From an uncultured delta proteobacterium (lineage in GTDB: Bacteria > Desulfobacterota > Desulfobacteria > Desulfobacterales > JAHEIW01), in assembly GCA_963706575.1 (NCBI GenBank), contig CAVPNL010000012.1:128001-192000 (forward strand): a stretch of DNA of 64,000 nt, read 5' to 3'. Position numbers and translations under genes: made by a program. This document shows positions 1-9,522 of this stretch, piece after piece; positions within the stretch are counted from its first letter, which is position 1; each line of letters starts with the position of its first letter. The notes beneath the pieces are model-generated. The model saw only the letters and a list, made by a program, of their open reading frames with translations. It was not told the origin of the DNA and made no database searches.

Positions 1-396
1 GATTGCATCCTGGAAAATCGATTTTGCCTCGGGCGCGGCACGTTCGGCCGCGCGGTTCATACTCAGCTCGAATGCATCCACTTTTTGCCCGTAACCGGCC
101 GCTCTTAAGAATTTCTCAACTTTCTGTACGGATTCAGGAAGCGGAATTTTAATATCCGGATTTCCATAATATCCATCCGCCTGAGACACCAGGGCCACGG
201 CTTTTTGCGTTCCGACCTCGAGGGCTTCCTTCAGTCCTGCGATGATTTCATCATTCGTAAGCGCTCCTGAACCCCCCAAAGCGTCCTGGGCGCCCTTGAC
301 AATATCACTTAAACCGGCTGAAAATCCCGGATGGCCACCGGCGATTAAAATAACAGCCAGTATCAGAGCGATTATAAAACGATACGTTTTCATCAT
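1..396 (-). CDS. DUF4197-family exported protein (3' end runs off the window)
   Basis: Hand translation MMKTYRFIIALILAVILIAGG...LTNDEIIAGLKEALEVGTQKAV...GYYGNPDIKIPLP...MNRAAERAAPEAKSIF; signal peptide; AAGGAG RBS at 400-405. Confidence 0.85.
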   Translation of the reverse strand, partial: MMKTYRFIIALILAVILIAGGHPGFSAGLSDIVKGAQDALGGSGALTNDEIIAGLKEALEVGTQKAVALVSQADGYYGNPDIKIPLPESVQKVEKFLRAAGYGQKVDAFELSMNRAAERAAPEAKSIFQDAI

Positions 397-542
397 ATGC
401 TCCTTTATTAGAAGTTCGAATAGATTAGGATAACACATCATTTACTTTTAAATTCTTCAAATTCCGCAGTAAAACCGAATGCGATGGTCGGTTCTTCAGG
501 CCAAAGATCTTAAATTTTTGGGTTATCGGCCTTTGGCATGCC

Positions 543-1391
543 TTACTGAGCAGCTTCCGGCTTGGCATCGGTGCTCTGCACTTCGGCTGCTTGCTGAACC
601 TGGGTCATTGACCGAATTTCCGTCAAGCGGGTTTTCAGGACATTGATCTCATTGGCTTGGGATCCAATTGCTTCCTGGAGCTTCTGATTCTCAGCGGTCA
701 AAACCTGATTATTACTTTTCAGCGATTGAAGCTCAGCGTTCTCTTTCTCAAGATCGGCCTTGCTTTCGATACACGCTTGAATTTGCTCTTCAAGTTGCTG
801 ATTCGTCGCAACCAAATTTTGATTCTGGCTGATGTCCGATTGAAGTTCAGTGATTTTTTGTTCCAGACCCGCTTTTTCCTCGGTTAAAGTCTGGATTTGC
901 TCTGTTCGCTTCTGGTTTTCGACAGTCAGCTCTTGATCCGCTCCAATTTTTGAGCGAAGCTCTGTGTTTTCTTGCTCGACAACATTTTTGGCTTGAATCA
1001 ACGATTGGATCTGGTCCATCAATTCCAGGTTCTTTTGGGTAAGATCCTTATCAGAACTCATCGCGACCTGAAGCGCTGCTTTTTCTTCCTCAAGAGATTT
1101 TATCTTTTGCTGAAGAATTCCATCCTCACCAGTGGCCCTGACCTCTTCTGTCGGTTTTTCTTCTTCGGTGGATTTTAAGCGCGCACCCTCTGCTCCCAAT
1201 TGTTTTTCAAGTTCACTGTTTTTTTGTTCCAAGCTGGCGATGTATTTTACCGTATCTCTTAGAATACTCTTATAATCAGTGGGCTCATCGCCATTTAGGC
1301 CCCACCTGTAATAACCGGTTACAACCCCCCCGACAAATAAAAGAATTACCAGAATAGCGCCTGCAATGAGTTTGCTTTTCGCCGTCATCAT
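543..1391 (-). CDS. Membrane-anchored coiled-coil protein with 38-aa internal repeats
   Basis: N-terminal TM helix (LIAGAILVILLFVGGVV) followed by a Q/E/K/L-rich coiled coil; AGGAGG RBS. Confidence 0.8.
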   Translation of the reverse strand: MMTAKSKLIAGAILVILLFVGGVVTGYYRWGLNGDEPTDYKSILRDTVKYIASLEQKNSELEKQLGAEGARLKSTEEEKPTEEVRATGEDGILQQKIKSLEEEKAALQVAMSSDKDLTQKNLELMDQIQSLIQAKNVVEQENTELRSKIGADQELTVENQKRTEQIQTLTEEKAGLEQKITELQSDISQNQNLVATNQQLEEQIQACIESKADLEKENAELQSLKSNNQVLTAENQKLQEAIGSQANEINVLKTRLTEIRSMTQVQQAAEVQSTDAKPEAAQ

Positions 1392-1450
1392 TTTCCTCCT
1401 TTCAGCTGGCCATCAACTGAAAACGGATCCGTAAAAAATTTCGGTCTTTT

Positions 1451-1792
1451 TTAACAGCTTACATGAATGCCCGCAGCAACCTGCCTGCCTTCCTGAAAAA
1501 GTTTATTAAAAACCTCGATCGCTTTGGATGTCTTCTTTTCAATTAACACAATGTGATGGGTTGCTAATTTTTCGCGCAAAGGAGCACTGGTCTTCATTAA
1601 CCCCGGGGAACCCTTGCCAATGACTACGATCTCCGGTTTGGCTTCCAGAATATCGGCGACATCCTCGACATCAACTCGGTGACCGCTCTTTCGCCACCAG
1701 TCCGAAATTACCTGCCCTCGCACAATTTTAATGTCATCCCGATAGGTCTTGCCATTGACAACGATTTTGCCGAATGAAAAATCCGTGATCAT
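1451..1792 (-). CDS. Mth938-like (DUF498/598) domain protein
   Basis: FSFGKIVVNGKTYRDD, WWRKSGH, VVIGKG, TSKAIEVFN, HVSC motifs. Confidence 0.85.
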   Translation of the reverse strand: MITDFSFGKIVVNGKTYRDDIKIVRGQVISDWWRKSGHRVDVEDVADILEAKPEIVVIGKGSPGLMKTSAPLREKLATHHIVLIEKKTSKAIEVFNKLFQEGRQVAAGIHVSC

Positions 1793-1941
1793 ATATTACC
1801 ATCATTAGATTGTTTGGAAGTGGTATATTGATTATTAAACTTAAAAAATAATTGTCAAGAGAACTGGATATGATAGAGTGACAATCACAAATTGCTTCAA
1901 AGCGAACGTGCACCAAGTTAAAGAAAAGGAATCGAGCGCCG

Positions 1942-2406
1942 ATGATGAAGAACAAGCGTACGGAAATAATCGTCCCTAAAGACCGGGCGATATTCTGGCT
2001 CGATAAAAACGGGCGCTGGCACAACGCGCACGGGGAATTTCAGCACAAAAAGATCATCGACTATTTCCATTCCTCAATTCAAAAAGACGAAAAGGGGTAT
2101 TACCTTTTCCAGGAAAGGGGAAATCTGCGCGAAAAAGTTTACTTCCATTATGAAGACACCGCATTGTTTGCGGTGGATTTAATTAAAGACGAGGATATCA
2201 CGCTGATACTGAACACCAAAAGGCAGATAAAGCTGAAGCCTAAAAACCTTTTTACGAGAAATGACAACCTTTACATGCGGCTGGGGCAGGAAACCATCAA
2301 GTTTGCCGAGCGGGGCTTAATGAAAATCTCGGATCTGCTGGAATTTAAAGATGAACAGTATTTTATAAAAGTAAAAAACAGAAGATACCGCATCGTTGAA
2401 AAATAA
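1942..2406 (+). CDS. DUF1285-like hypothetical protein
   Basis: FWLDKNGRWHN..GEF..KII.YF..SI...KVYFHYEDTALF pattern. Confidence 0.6.
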   Translation: MMKNKRTEIIVPKDRAIFWLDKNGRWHNAHGEFQHKKIIDYFHSSIQKDEKGYYLFQERGNLREKVYFHYEDTALFAVDLIKDEDITLILNTKRQIKLKPKNLFTRNDNLYMRLGQETIKFAERGLMKISDLLEFKDEQYFIKVKNRRYRIVEK

Positions 2407-2579
2407 ACCTAGTGCAAGCAAACCATCGGGCACTGCGGCGTGATTTCCAGACAGGTTCAAGTTAGGGGCTTCGCCCCAATTGGAATAGTGGAATAATGGG
2501 TCCTGGGATAGTGGCTTCCCAACATTGATGACCACAAAAACCACTATATTTCCAGCAAGTTGTAGAAATTCCGAGACCG

Positions 2580-3344
2580 TTAATGACAGGGCGGGGCCGT
2601 CACCAGCAGTTGAAATATTTTGGTTTGCTGTTTCTCGACGGCCCATTTCGAGGCTGTTTTCCGCTGGTTATCCATAGCTCGAACATCCGCACAATGGGTC
2701 AGAAGCGTTTGCACCACGGCTGCATGCCCCCGTTTGGCGGCGATGATCAAGGCCGTGTTGCTGTTCTTATCTTTGAGGTTAACATCGGCTCCAAAAGAAA
2801 TCAGCTGCTGAACCACCTTATCGTGTCCGCCGGCGGCGGCAAAAATCAAAGCGGTTTTTCCGCTGCTTTCCGGCATATTGACAGCGGCTGCGCTGGGTCG
2901 CAAATCGGCTAAGATCCCTTGATGGCCGTTCAGAGCCGCAAACATGACGGCGGTGGCACCGCTGTCATTTCGAATGTCAATCCGGGCACCGCTGTTGAGC
3001 AATAGATTGGCGATTTCGCGGTGGCCGAATTGGGCCGCCATCATCAGAGACGTCCAGCCCGCATTTTCCTGGGTATCTACGCCGGCACCTCTGACGATTA
3101 ACTCCCGGACAATATCTTCGTGGCCCTCATAGGTGGCTTTCATTAGAGCCGTCCAGCCGTCTTCATTCCTGGCTTCCACCGGCACGCCCTGATCCAGAAA
3201 CCCTTTCACCTCATCGATCTCACCCAGTTCAGCCGCGCTGATCAGCTGTTCGGAAAGCGTGCCGGCGCAAACCCGGCCGGTCGAAAAAATGACAACCCCC
3301 GACAGGGTGATCAGGATTGAAAGCCAGGCGGTTGGGCGAAGCAT
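2580..3344 (-). CDS. Exported ankyrin-repeat protein
   Basis: Signal peptide, then ~6 repeats of the GxT(A/S)LxxAAxxGHxx(I/V)xxLL type. Confidence 0.92.
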   Translation of the reverse strand: MLRPTAWLSILITLSGVVIFSTGRVCAGTLSEQLISAAELGEIDEVKGFLDQGVPVEARNEDGWTALMKATYEGHEDIVRELIVRGAGVDTQENAGWTSLMMAAQFGHREIANLLLNSGARIDIRNDSGATAVMFAALNGHQGILADLRPSAAAVNMPESSGKTALIFAAAGGHDKVVQQLISFGADVNLKDKNSNTALIIAAKRGHAAVVQTLLTHCADVRAMDNQRKTASKWAVEKQQTKIFQLLVTAPPCH

Positions 3345-3416
3345 ATGAACTTTCCTCCGGGGCCGACAGCAACTCTAGAATGATTGCGCGAATCGCTCAC
3401 ATGCCGCGGGCCGGCA

Positions 3417-3731
3417 TTAATCTGTGGGTGATTCTTCGGGGCAGCATTCCTCGATTTCTTTCTCCAGCTTTTTTGAGTATTCCTCAAGTTTGGCTTTGGC
3501 CGCTTCAAGTTCATCTATAATCTGTATCCGTTCGAATTCTCTGGCCTCAACTTTGACCAGCATCATGCCAAATGATTCGGCCAATTCTGCCAGAATGCTC
3601 GGATATCTGCCTTTTTTGGACAGTTCGAATAAGCGTTCCGAATCTGATTTGTCATATTTGCCGGATGCAATTTTCTTGCAGCAGCCATTCAGCATGTCAA
3701 ATAAATCGAGGTAATAACGCTCGAAATCCAT
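3417..3731 (-). CDS. Small hypothetical helical protein (HAMP-like/coiled coil)
   Basis: 104-aa ORF with AGGA RBS; ELAESFGMMLVKVEAREF followed by a coiled coil. Confidence 0.7.
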   Translation of the reverse strand: MDFERYYLDLFDMLNGCCKKIASGKYDKSDSERLFELSKKGRYPSILAELAESFGMMLVKVEAREFERIQIIDELEAAKAKLEEYSKKLEKEIEECCPEESPTD

Positions 3732-3991
3732 TTTTGTGTTCCTTTCTTAACTGATTTTTAAATATAACGTGTTTTTTGGCGCTGCGCAATAATGAAGCCC
3801 ATAAGGATGCAGTTCGGCTTCGAGTAATTCGTTTGTAAATCCAACGAACATCCACATTCTGTGGTTTCAACAATTGATTCCCTGCAAACATGACCCGCGC
3901 GAGGCCGAGTGTGTTGACTAATGTCTCAAAAAGCGATACTTTCAGAGCGTTCTACCACATCCGTTTACCCAACATTTTAGAGGCTAAGCAA

Positions 3992-4579
3992 ATGCGCAGG
4001 TCAATTCATCTGATTTTTCTCACAACCGTCTTTTTGATGAGCACCGGCAGCCTGAATGCCGCCGATCTGAAAAATGGTTTTTTTGATATCCAATGGAAAG
4101 CCAACCTGTCCCAGACGGCCGACTTTGAAAAAGTCGGGGAAAATTTAAATGTCAGCTATTTTATCAACCCCAAGCGCGTTTTCACAATTAATGACATTAG
4201 AATCCAGGATGTGGTCTATGGCTCCCACGCGAATCAGTTTTTTGCCGTCTACATCAATATCGATAATATCGAAGTCTTCGCGCAGCTTAGAAGGCATATG
4301 AACCGCATTTACGGTGTGCCCAAAATTACAAGGACAATGTCGGCGGAGCAGACCACATATCGATGGAAGCATGAGAAAACCAAAATCAAGCTGAAAACCT
4401 ACGAAAACAAAAACAATATGAAATTGGCATTTTACTACATACCGCTTTCCCGGCAGGTAAATGAAAGCCAGCAGGAAGCCTTTCACGAAAATTTCAGTCG
4501 TTCGCGGTTTCCCCTGGATGACAGCAGAAAGCAAAGGGCGATGAACCTGATGGAACTGGAGGACCTGGGACCCCGCTAA
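3992..4579 (+). CDS. Exported hypothetical protein
   Basis: Start reassigned to ATG 3992 (MRRSIHLIFLTTVFLMSTGSLNA, a signal peptide). Confidence 0.7.
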   Translation: MRRSIHLIFLTTVFLMSTGSLNAADLKNGFFDIQWKANLSQTADFEKVGENLNVSYFINPKRVFTINDIRIQDVVYGSHANQFFAVYINIDNIEVFAQLRRHMNRIYGVPKITRTMSAEQTTYRWKHEKTKIKLKTYENKNNMKLAFYYIPLSRQVNESQQEAFHENFSRSRFPLDDSRKQRAMNLMELEDLGPR

Positions 4580-4589
4580 ACCTGAAACA

Positions 4590-5353
4590 TTAGGGCCCGT
4601 TTCCATCCTGGGATGCCAGTTGAATCTTTTCCGCAATTTCATTTAAAATCAACTCGATCCTCGCCCGCCGAATTTCCATAAATTCTTCCGGAAGCCACTT
4701 CTCAGGCGGCGGCAATAAAGCTTGGAAAACAATGGGCATCATCAACCCCAGAACCGCCCCCATTAGAACTGCTGCAGCAATTATGCCGGTAGTATAACTC
4801 AGGTAGTCGCCCTTTTGGAAAAACAGGGTTGGGCGGAGCGTCATCAGCAGGTAGGTAAAGCTGGAGGCCAGAAGAAAGAGAAACAGGACTTTTTGACCGG
4901 CTATCGCCAGTTCCCTTCGATCCTTGCGTTCGATTGTCTTTCCAGTTTATTCACTCGGTGGACCAGTTGACTGCTGGGGGTATTCTCTTTCAGGATTTTG
5001 ATTTCTTTAAATAAATCGACAATTAACAGGCCCTGCTGCGCGTTGGCCTCAATCGCCAGGTTACTGGTATCCCGCCATGAAGTGACACGAAAAAATGTAA
5101 CCCCGTCAATCGTTTTGCTGGGGTATTTTGCTGCCAATCGTTTTGAAATACCGCTGGCCGTTTCGGCCGGAAATGCCCAGATATGTTTGTGCCCATCCGG
5201 ATCAATAATGCCCAACAGATACACATTTGAACTCCCATCGGACGAAGACCCTGCCGGGCTTTTTGCCAGCAAGGGCATGCTGAGCATAAATACAGCGATC
5301 ACAAAAACCAAAACCCCAAGGGCATGAATAATAAAAATCGATTTTTTTTTCAT
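4590..5353 (-). pseudogene. Hypothetical membrane protein split by one frameshift (~4935)
   Basis: ORF 4901-5353 and the frame of ORF 4590-4844 join as LERQ(I)ERKDRRELAIAGQKVLFLFLLASSFTYLLMTLRP if one A is restored; may be a sequencing error. Confidence 0.6.
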
Positions 5354-5531
5354 AATATATCCTCACATATTAAAAATATGATGCCCGCAGAATTCACGGC
5401 CGGAACCGTTCCCGGGCTTGGCCCCAATTTGATTCAGGCTAAATATAACCGCCTTTGGGTCATTCGTCACTAAAAAATTTCCCATTGCGGCAATATGTGA
5501 TCTTGGATCGCACCTGCACGCCGGGTCTGAG

Positions 5532-5560
5532 TTGACACACCTGCCACTTTTTCATATGGT
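5532..5560 (+). promoter_or_regulatory. Sigma70-type promoter for the oxidoreductase operon
   Basis: TTGACA-N17-TATGGT, 60 nt upstream of ATG 5621. Confidence 0.6.
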
Positions 5561-5620
5561 GCATCCGAGCACCCGGGCGTGCCGCGGTGCAATCCTAGCG
5601 GCAGGAGATTTGGCAGTTCA

Positions 5621-6877
5621 ATGGAAAAACACAGCGATGTTCTTGTAATCGGCGGGGGTATTATCGGATTGGCCTGTGCCTACTATCTGGCCAAAGCAGG
5701 CAAAAATGTTCGCCTGCTGGAGCAGGATACTATCGGTGCCGACACCGCTGCCTCCTACGGAAACTGCGGTCTCGTTTTTATCAGCCATCTGGTTCCGCTG
5801 TGCGCCCCCGGCACCATCCGGCACGAAATCATGCGCCGCTTACAAGGGGGTTCTCCCCTCTATATTAAGCTGGCACCGGATGTTAAGCGGTTTAAATGGT
5901 TATGGAACTTCGCAAGAAAGTGCAACAATAAGCACATGGCTTATGCCATTAAACCGCGCGGCAAGATTTTACAAAATTCCATAGAGCTGCTGGTGAAGCT
6001 GTTAGAAGAGGAGCATATCGAATGTGACTGGGAGGAAAAAGGGGTTCTGATGGTGTTTAAATCCCGGTCCGAAATGCAGCAATATGGCAAAACCAACAAC
6101 CTGATGAAGCCCTATGGACTGGATGCGGTTTCACTGGTCGGCGATGCGCTCTTTGATCTCGAGCCGGCGCTTCACAGGGACGTTTACGGCGCCTGGTTTC
6201 ACAAAAAGGACAGTCACCTACGTCCGGAAAAATTGCTGCTGGGTTGGCAGCAGGTTCTGCTGAAAATGGGTGTGATTATCGAAGAAAACTGCCGTCTGGA
6301 AGACCTGGCTGCGGAAAGCCGGCGAATCCGCCATGCGGAGACGACCAGCGGTATTTATACCGCGGATGAATATGTTCTGGCCACCGGCGCATGGACGCCT
6401 CAGCTTACCGATCGGCTAAAACTAAGCCTGCCGGTTGAGCCCGGCAAAGGTTACAGCCTCACCATTACCCGACCGGCTGTGTGCCCGACAATTCCATGTT
6501 ACTTTAGTGAACCCAGCGTTGTGGCGACCCCCTGGAAAGACGGATTTCGCCTGGGCGGCACCATGGAATTTTCAGGCTTTAATTCCGATATTCTTGCCCG
6601 GCGTATTCAAAATCTGATTTCCGGCGCCAATGAATACTTAAAAGAGCCCATCGGTGAGCCTTTAATGGAAGAGTGGGTGGGCATGCGCCCCATGGTTTAC
6701 GACGATCTGCCGATCATCGATCGTGCACCGAATCACCCCAACCTGGTGGTGGCCACCGGCCATGGGATGCAGGGTATTTCCATGGCGACCGGCACCGGAA
6801 AACTGGTGGCTGATATCATTACCGGACGCAAGCCTCACATTGATCCGACTGCGTTCGGCATCCAGCGATTTCTCTAA
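5621..6877 (+). CDS. FAD-dependent D-amino acid dehydrogenase (DadA/DAO family)
   Basis: VIGGGIIG FAD motif, ASYGNCG, GKGYS, WVGMRP, TGHGMQGISMATGTG; GGAG RBS. Confidence 0.9.
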   Translation: MEKHSDVLVIGGGIIGLACAYYLAKAGKNVRLLEQDTIGADTAASYGNCGLVFISHLVPLCAPGTIRHEIMRRLQGGSPLYIKLAPDVKRFKWLWNFARKCNNKHMAYAIKPRGKILQNSIELLVKLLEEEHIECDWEEKGVLMVFKSRSEMQQYGKTNNLMKPYGLDAVSLVGDALFDLEPALHRDVYGAWFHKKDSHLRPEKLLLGWQQVLLKMGVIIEENCRLEDLAAESRRIRHAETTSGIYTADEYVLATGAWTPQLTDRLKLSLPVEPGKGYSLTITRPAVCPTIPCYFSEPSVVATPWKDGFRLGGTMEFSGFNSDILARRIQNLISGANEYLKEPIGEPLMEEWVGMRPMVYDDLPIIDRAPNHPNLVVATGHGMQGISMATGTGKLVADIITGRKPHIDPTAFGIQRFL

Positions 6878-6922
6878 CGTCTCTATTTTTTATCCGCACT
6901 CACCTAATAGAAGAGCGCTACC

Positions 6923-7720
6923 ATGAAATACGGAGCCATGAACTTTCCGATCAAACCGGTTGCCGACGAGCTGGCAGATATCGCCGCCCTGGGCTTCGAT
7001 TATCTGGAGCTATCGATGGATCCGCCCCAGGCGCATTATGCGACCATCCGACAACAGATGAATTCGATTTTAAGCGCCCTGGCGTCGCAATCCATGAACA
7101 TTATCTGCCATCTTCCAACCTTTGTTTCCACCGCCGACCTGACAGACAGCATCCGCGAAGCATCGCTGTCGGAAATGTTTAATTCACTGGAAGTTGCGGC
7201 TGAGCTTGGATCGCAAAAAGTCGTTTTGCACCCCGGCCATATCGGTGGACTGGGGATCTATATCGAGGAGACCGCGCTGGCCCATGCAAATAATAGTCTG
7301 GCGGCAATCATCGATCGCGCGCAAACGCTGGGGCTTTGCGTCTGTCTTGAGAACATGTTTCCCAGATGCCGGGCTTTTGTTGAGCCGGCCGATTTTGTTG
7401 AAATTTTGCAGCGCTTTCCGGATCTCAAGCTGACACTGGACACCGGCCACGCCAACATCGGTAATCCGGGCGGGCGGCGCATTCTAGAATTTATCGAAAA
7501 ATTCGGCCACCGCATCGGGCATCTGCACATCAGTGATAATTTTGGCGAACGCGATGATCATATCCCGCTAGGCGCCGGCAAAATCGATTTTTTAAAAATT
7601 GTAAGGGCACTAAAGCAATGCGAATACGATGACACCGCCACCCTGGAAATATTTTCTGAAGACCGTCGGGAGTTAAAAAAGAGCCGGGATCGGTTTGATC
7701 GTCTCTTTAAAAACAGATGA
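6923..7720 (+). CDS. Sugar phosphate isomerase/epimerase-family TIM barrel (AP endonuclease 2 fold)
   Basis: VLHPG, CLENM, LDTGHA, HLHISDN..DDHIPLG, TLE metal ligands. Confidence 0.88.
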   Translation: MKYGAMNFPIKPVADELADIAALGFDYLELSMDPPQAHYATIRQQMNSILSALASQSMNIICHLPTFVSTADLTDSIREASLSEMFNSLEVAAELGSQKVVLHPGHIGGLGIYIEETALAHANNSLAAIIDRAQTLGLCVCLENMFPRCRAFVEPADFVEILQRFPDLKLTLDTGHANIGNPGGRRILEFIEKFGHRIGHLHISDNFGERDDHIPLGAGKIDFLKIVRALKQCEYDDTATLEIFSEDRRELKKSRDRFDRLFKNR

Positions 7721-7823
7721 CAGAGAGCGGATGTCAGATTTCGGAAAACAGAAGACTAGGGGTTAAACAATGGATAGCAGTATTTTTTCTGGCATCTTCT
7801 GTCTTCTGTCATCTGACATCTGA
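7714..7823. repeat. Palindromic heptamer-repeat element (CAGATGACAGA...TCTGTCATCTG)
   Basis: Left arm cagatgacagagagcggatgtcaga; right arm tctggcatcttctgtcttctgtcatctgacatctga; overlaps the upstream stop codon. Confidence 0.7.
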
Positions 7824-7851
7824 CCTCGTTACTAAACAAAGGAAACCGAAC

Positions 7852-8781
7852 ATGGCACTCATGATCATTGCACCGGACATTAAAGCAACCTCCTGGGTGA
7901 AACATCTCAGCAGGCTGGACCCCAGCATCGATATACGCGTCTGGCCCGATAGCGGCGATGGGGATGAGATTGAATTTGCACTATCCTGGAATCATCCGGC
8001 CGGCGAGTTAAATAAATATAAGAATTTAAAGTGTATCGCTTCTCTGGGGGCCGGGGTTGAACATATCCTGACAGACCCGGATCTGCCGGCAGGGGTGCCG
8101 ATCACCCGGGTGGTGGAACATTGCATGGCTCAATCGATGAGCGAATACGTGGTTTTAAGCGTCCTCAACTACTGCCGTCAATTTGATACTTACCGCAACG
8201 ATCAGACGCAAAAACAGTGGCACCCTCGAAAACCGCTTTTGGCGGAAGATCTGGGTATCGGCATTATGGGATTGGGTCAGCTCGGTGCCGATGCAGCCAA
8301 AAAATTAAGCTACCTGGGCTTTACGGTAGCCGGTTGGAGTCGGCGGCCGAAAGACATCGTCGCGGTGGATTGTTTTGCCGGGGAAGCGGAGCTATCGGAA
8401 TTTTTATCCCGTAGCCACATTTTAATCTGTCTGCTGCCGCTAACAGCGGCAACCAAAGGCATCTTAAATCGTAGAATATTTACGCAGCTGCCGTCCGGCG
8501 CCTATGTTATCAACGTCGCACGCGGGCAGCATCTGAACGAAAAGGACCTCATCGCGGCATTGGATTCCGGCCAGCTGACCGGTGCCTGTCTGGATGTATT
8601 CGAAGTCGAACCTTTGCCGCCAGACCACCCCTTCTGGAACCACCCCCAAATAAAGGTGACACCGCACATTTCCAGCCTCACCTTTCCCAAAGCCGTAGCG
8701 CCGCAAATCATTGAAAATTATCAGCGCACCAAAACCGGCAAGCCCCTGCTGCATGTCGTTGACGTAGAGCGCGGTTATTAG
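7852..8781 (+). CDS. ghrA: Glyoxylate/hydroxypyruvate reductase A (D-2-hydroxyacid dehydrogenase)
   Basis: SLGAGVEH, IMGLGQLG, LLPLT, INVARG, LDVFEVEPL, TPHISS; start moved to ATG 7852 behind AAGGA. Confidence 0.88.
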   Translation: MALMIIAPDIKATSWVKHLSRLDPSIDIRVWPDSGDGDEIEFALSWNHPAGELNKYKNLKCIASLGAGVEHILTDPDLPAGVPITRVVEHCMAQSMSEYVVLSVLNYCRQFDTYRNDQTQKQWHPRKPLLAEDLGIGIMGLGQLGADAAKKLSYLGFTVAGWSRRPKDIVAVDCFAGEAELSEFLSRSHILICLLPLTAATKGILNRRIFTQLPSGAYVINVARGQHLNEKDLIAALDSGQLTGACLDVFEVEPLPPDHPFWNHPQIKVTPHISSLTFPKAVAPQIIENYQRTKTGKPLLHVVDVERGY

Positions 8782-8904
8782 AACCCTTCTCAAAAATGTC
8801 TTTTGGCCCAATATCTTTGTTGGTGCCTGTCTCGGCGTAGCCACGCTTTTCGCGTGGCGAAGACGGGATCTTGAACCAAAATCCTATTTTTGAGAAGGGT
8901 TCGA
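8779..8904. mobile_element. MITE-like element, copy A (TIR TAGAACCCTTCTCAAAAAT)
   Basis: 19-bp near-perfect terminal inverted repeats; interior matches the reverse complement of 55805-55950. Confidence 0.8.
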
Positions 8905-8942
8905 AATCGGTGTCGATCGACGGCGGCAAGGGATGGGTTCTT

Positions 8943-9374
8943 TTAAAGACCGATGATCTCAAGTCGGGATATCAGTTGCTCAAAATCAGCCTGGGAAATC
9001 TGCTCCCAGGCGGTGGAAGGCCTGAATTGAAGTGATGATTTGGCGTCCGGGGCAAAAAACTTGCCGGACTGAAGTTCGGGCTTGCTGAGCCGATATTGAA
9101 ACTCATCTCCCAGATCCAGGATGAGGTCCAGATCGTCGGTGTCCTCCAGCAGTTCGACCAGAAGGATGTTTTGAACCCGGCCACTGCCTTTCAGGTGTCG
9201 CTGGCCCTGCGGCCCTGCATAGACCTCAATAACGGCATCTTCAACCGCAACCGCACGGTTGTCCGGTGCAATGATAAGCGCCTGTTCCACTGCGTATTCA
9301 CCTTCGACAAACGGAATCCAATTGACCATTTCCATGTTCCCTCTGAGTACAACGGCATTGAGATTTGCGCTCAC
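8943..9374 (-). CDS. Hypothetical protein
   Basis: 143-aa acidic ORF with normal composition; start uncertain. Confidence 0.65.
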   Translation of the reverse strand: MSANLNAVVLRGNMEMVNWIPFVEGEYAVEQALIIAPDNRAVAVEDAVIEVYAGPQGQRHLKGSGRVQNILLVELLEDTDDLDLILDLGDEFQYRLSKPELQSGKFFAPDAKSSLQFRPSTAWEQISQADFEQLISRLEIIGL

Positions 9375-9522
9375 TTAGACTTTACCATAAATTCGATCAC
9401 TTTGGTCAAGAGTTACTTGCTATCGGAGGACCAGATCTGATATGAATCTCTTTCCCAAAATGAGCGTTTCAAATTCCCGCAAACGCAGGAAGACTTCGCT
9501 GGCGCATGCAGAATGGAAGGGC

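Noticed and set aside
523..549. Sigma28 promoter upstream of the DUF4197 gene (also 12205-12231)
   Set aside because: The GCCGATAA -10 box is present, but the -35 positions read TCAG and GAAA rather than TAAA; too weak to call.
7717..7851. N-terminal extension of the ghrA ORF
   Set aside because: It translates the palindromic repeat; the real start is ATG 7852 with an RBS.
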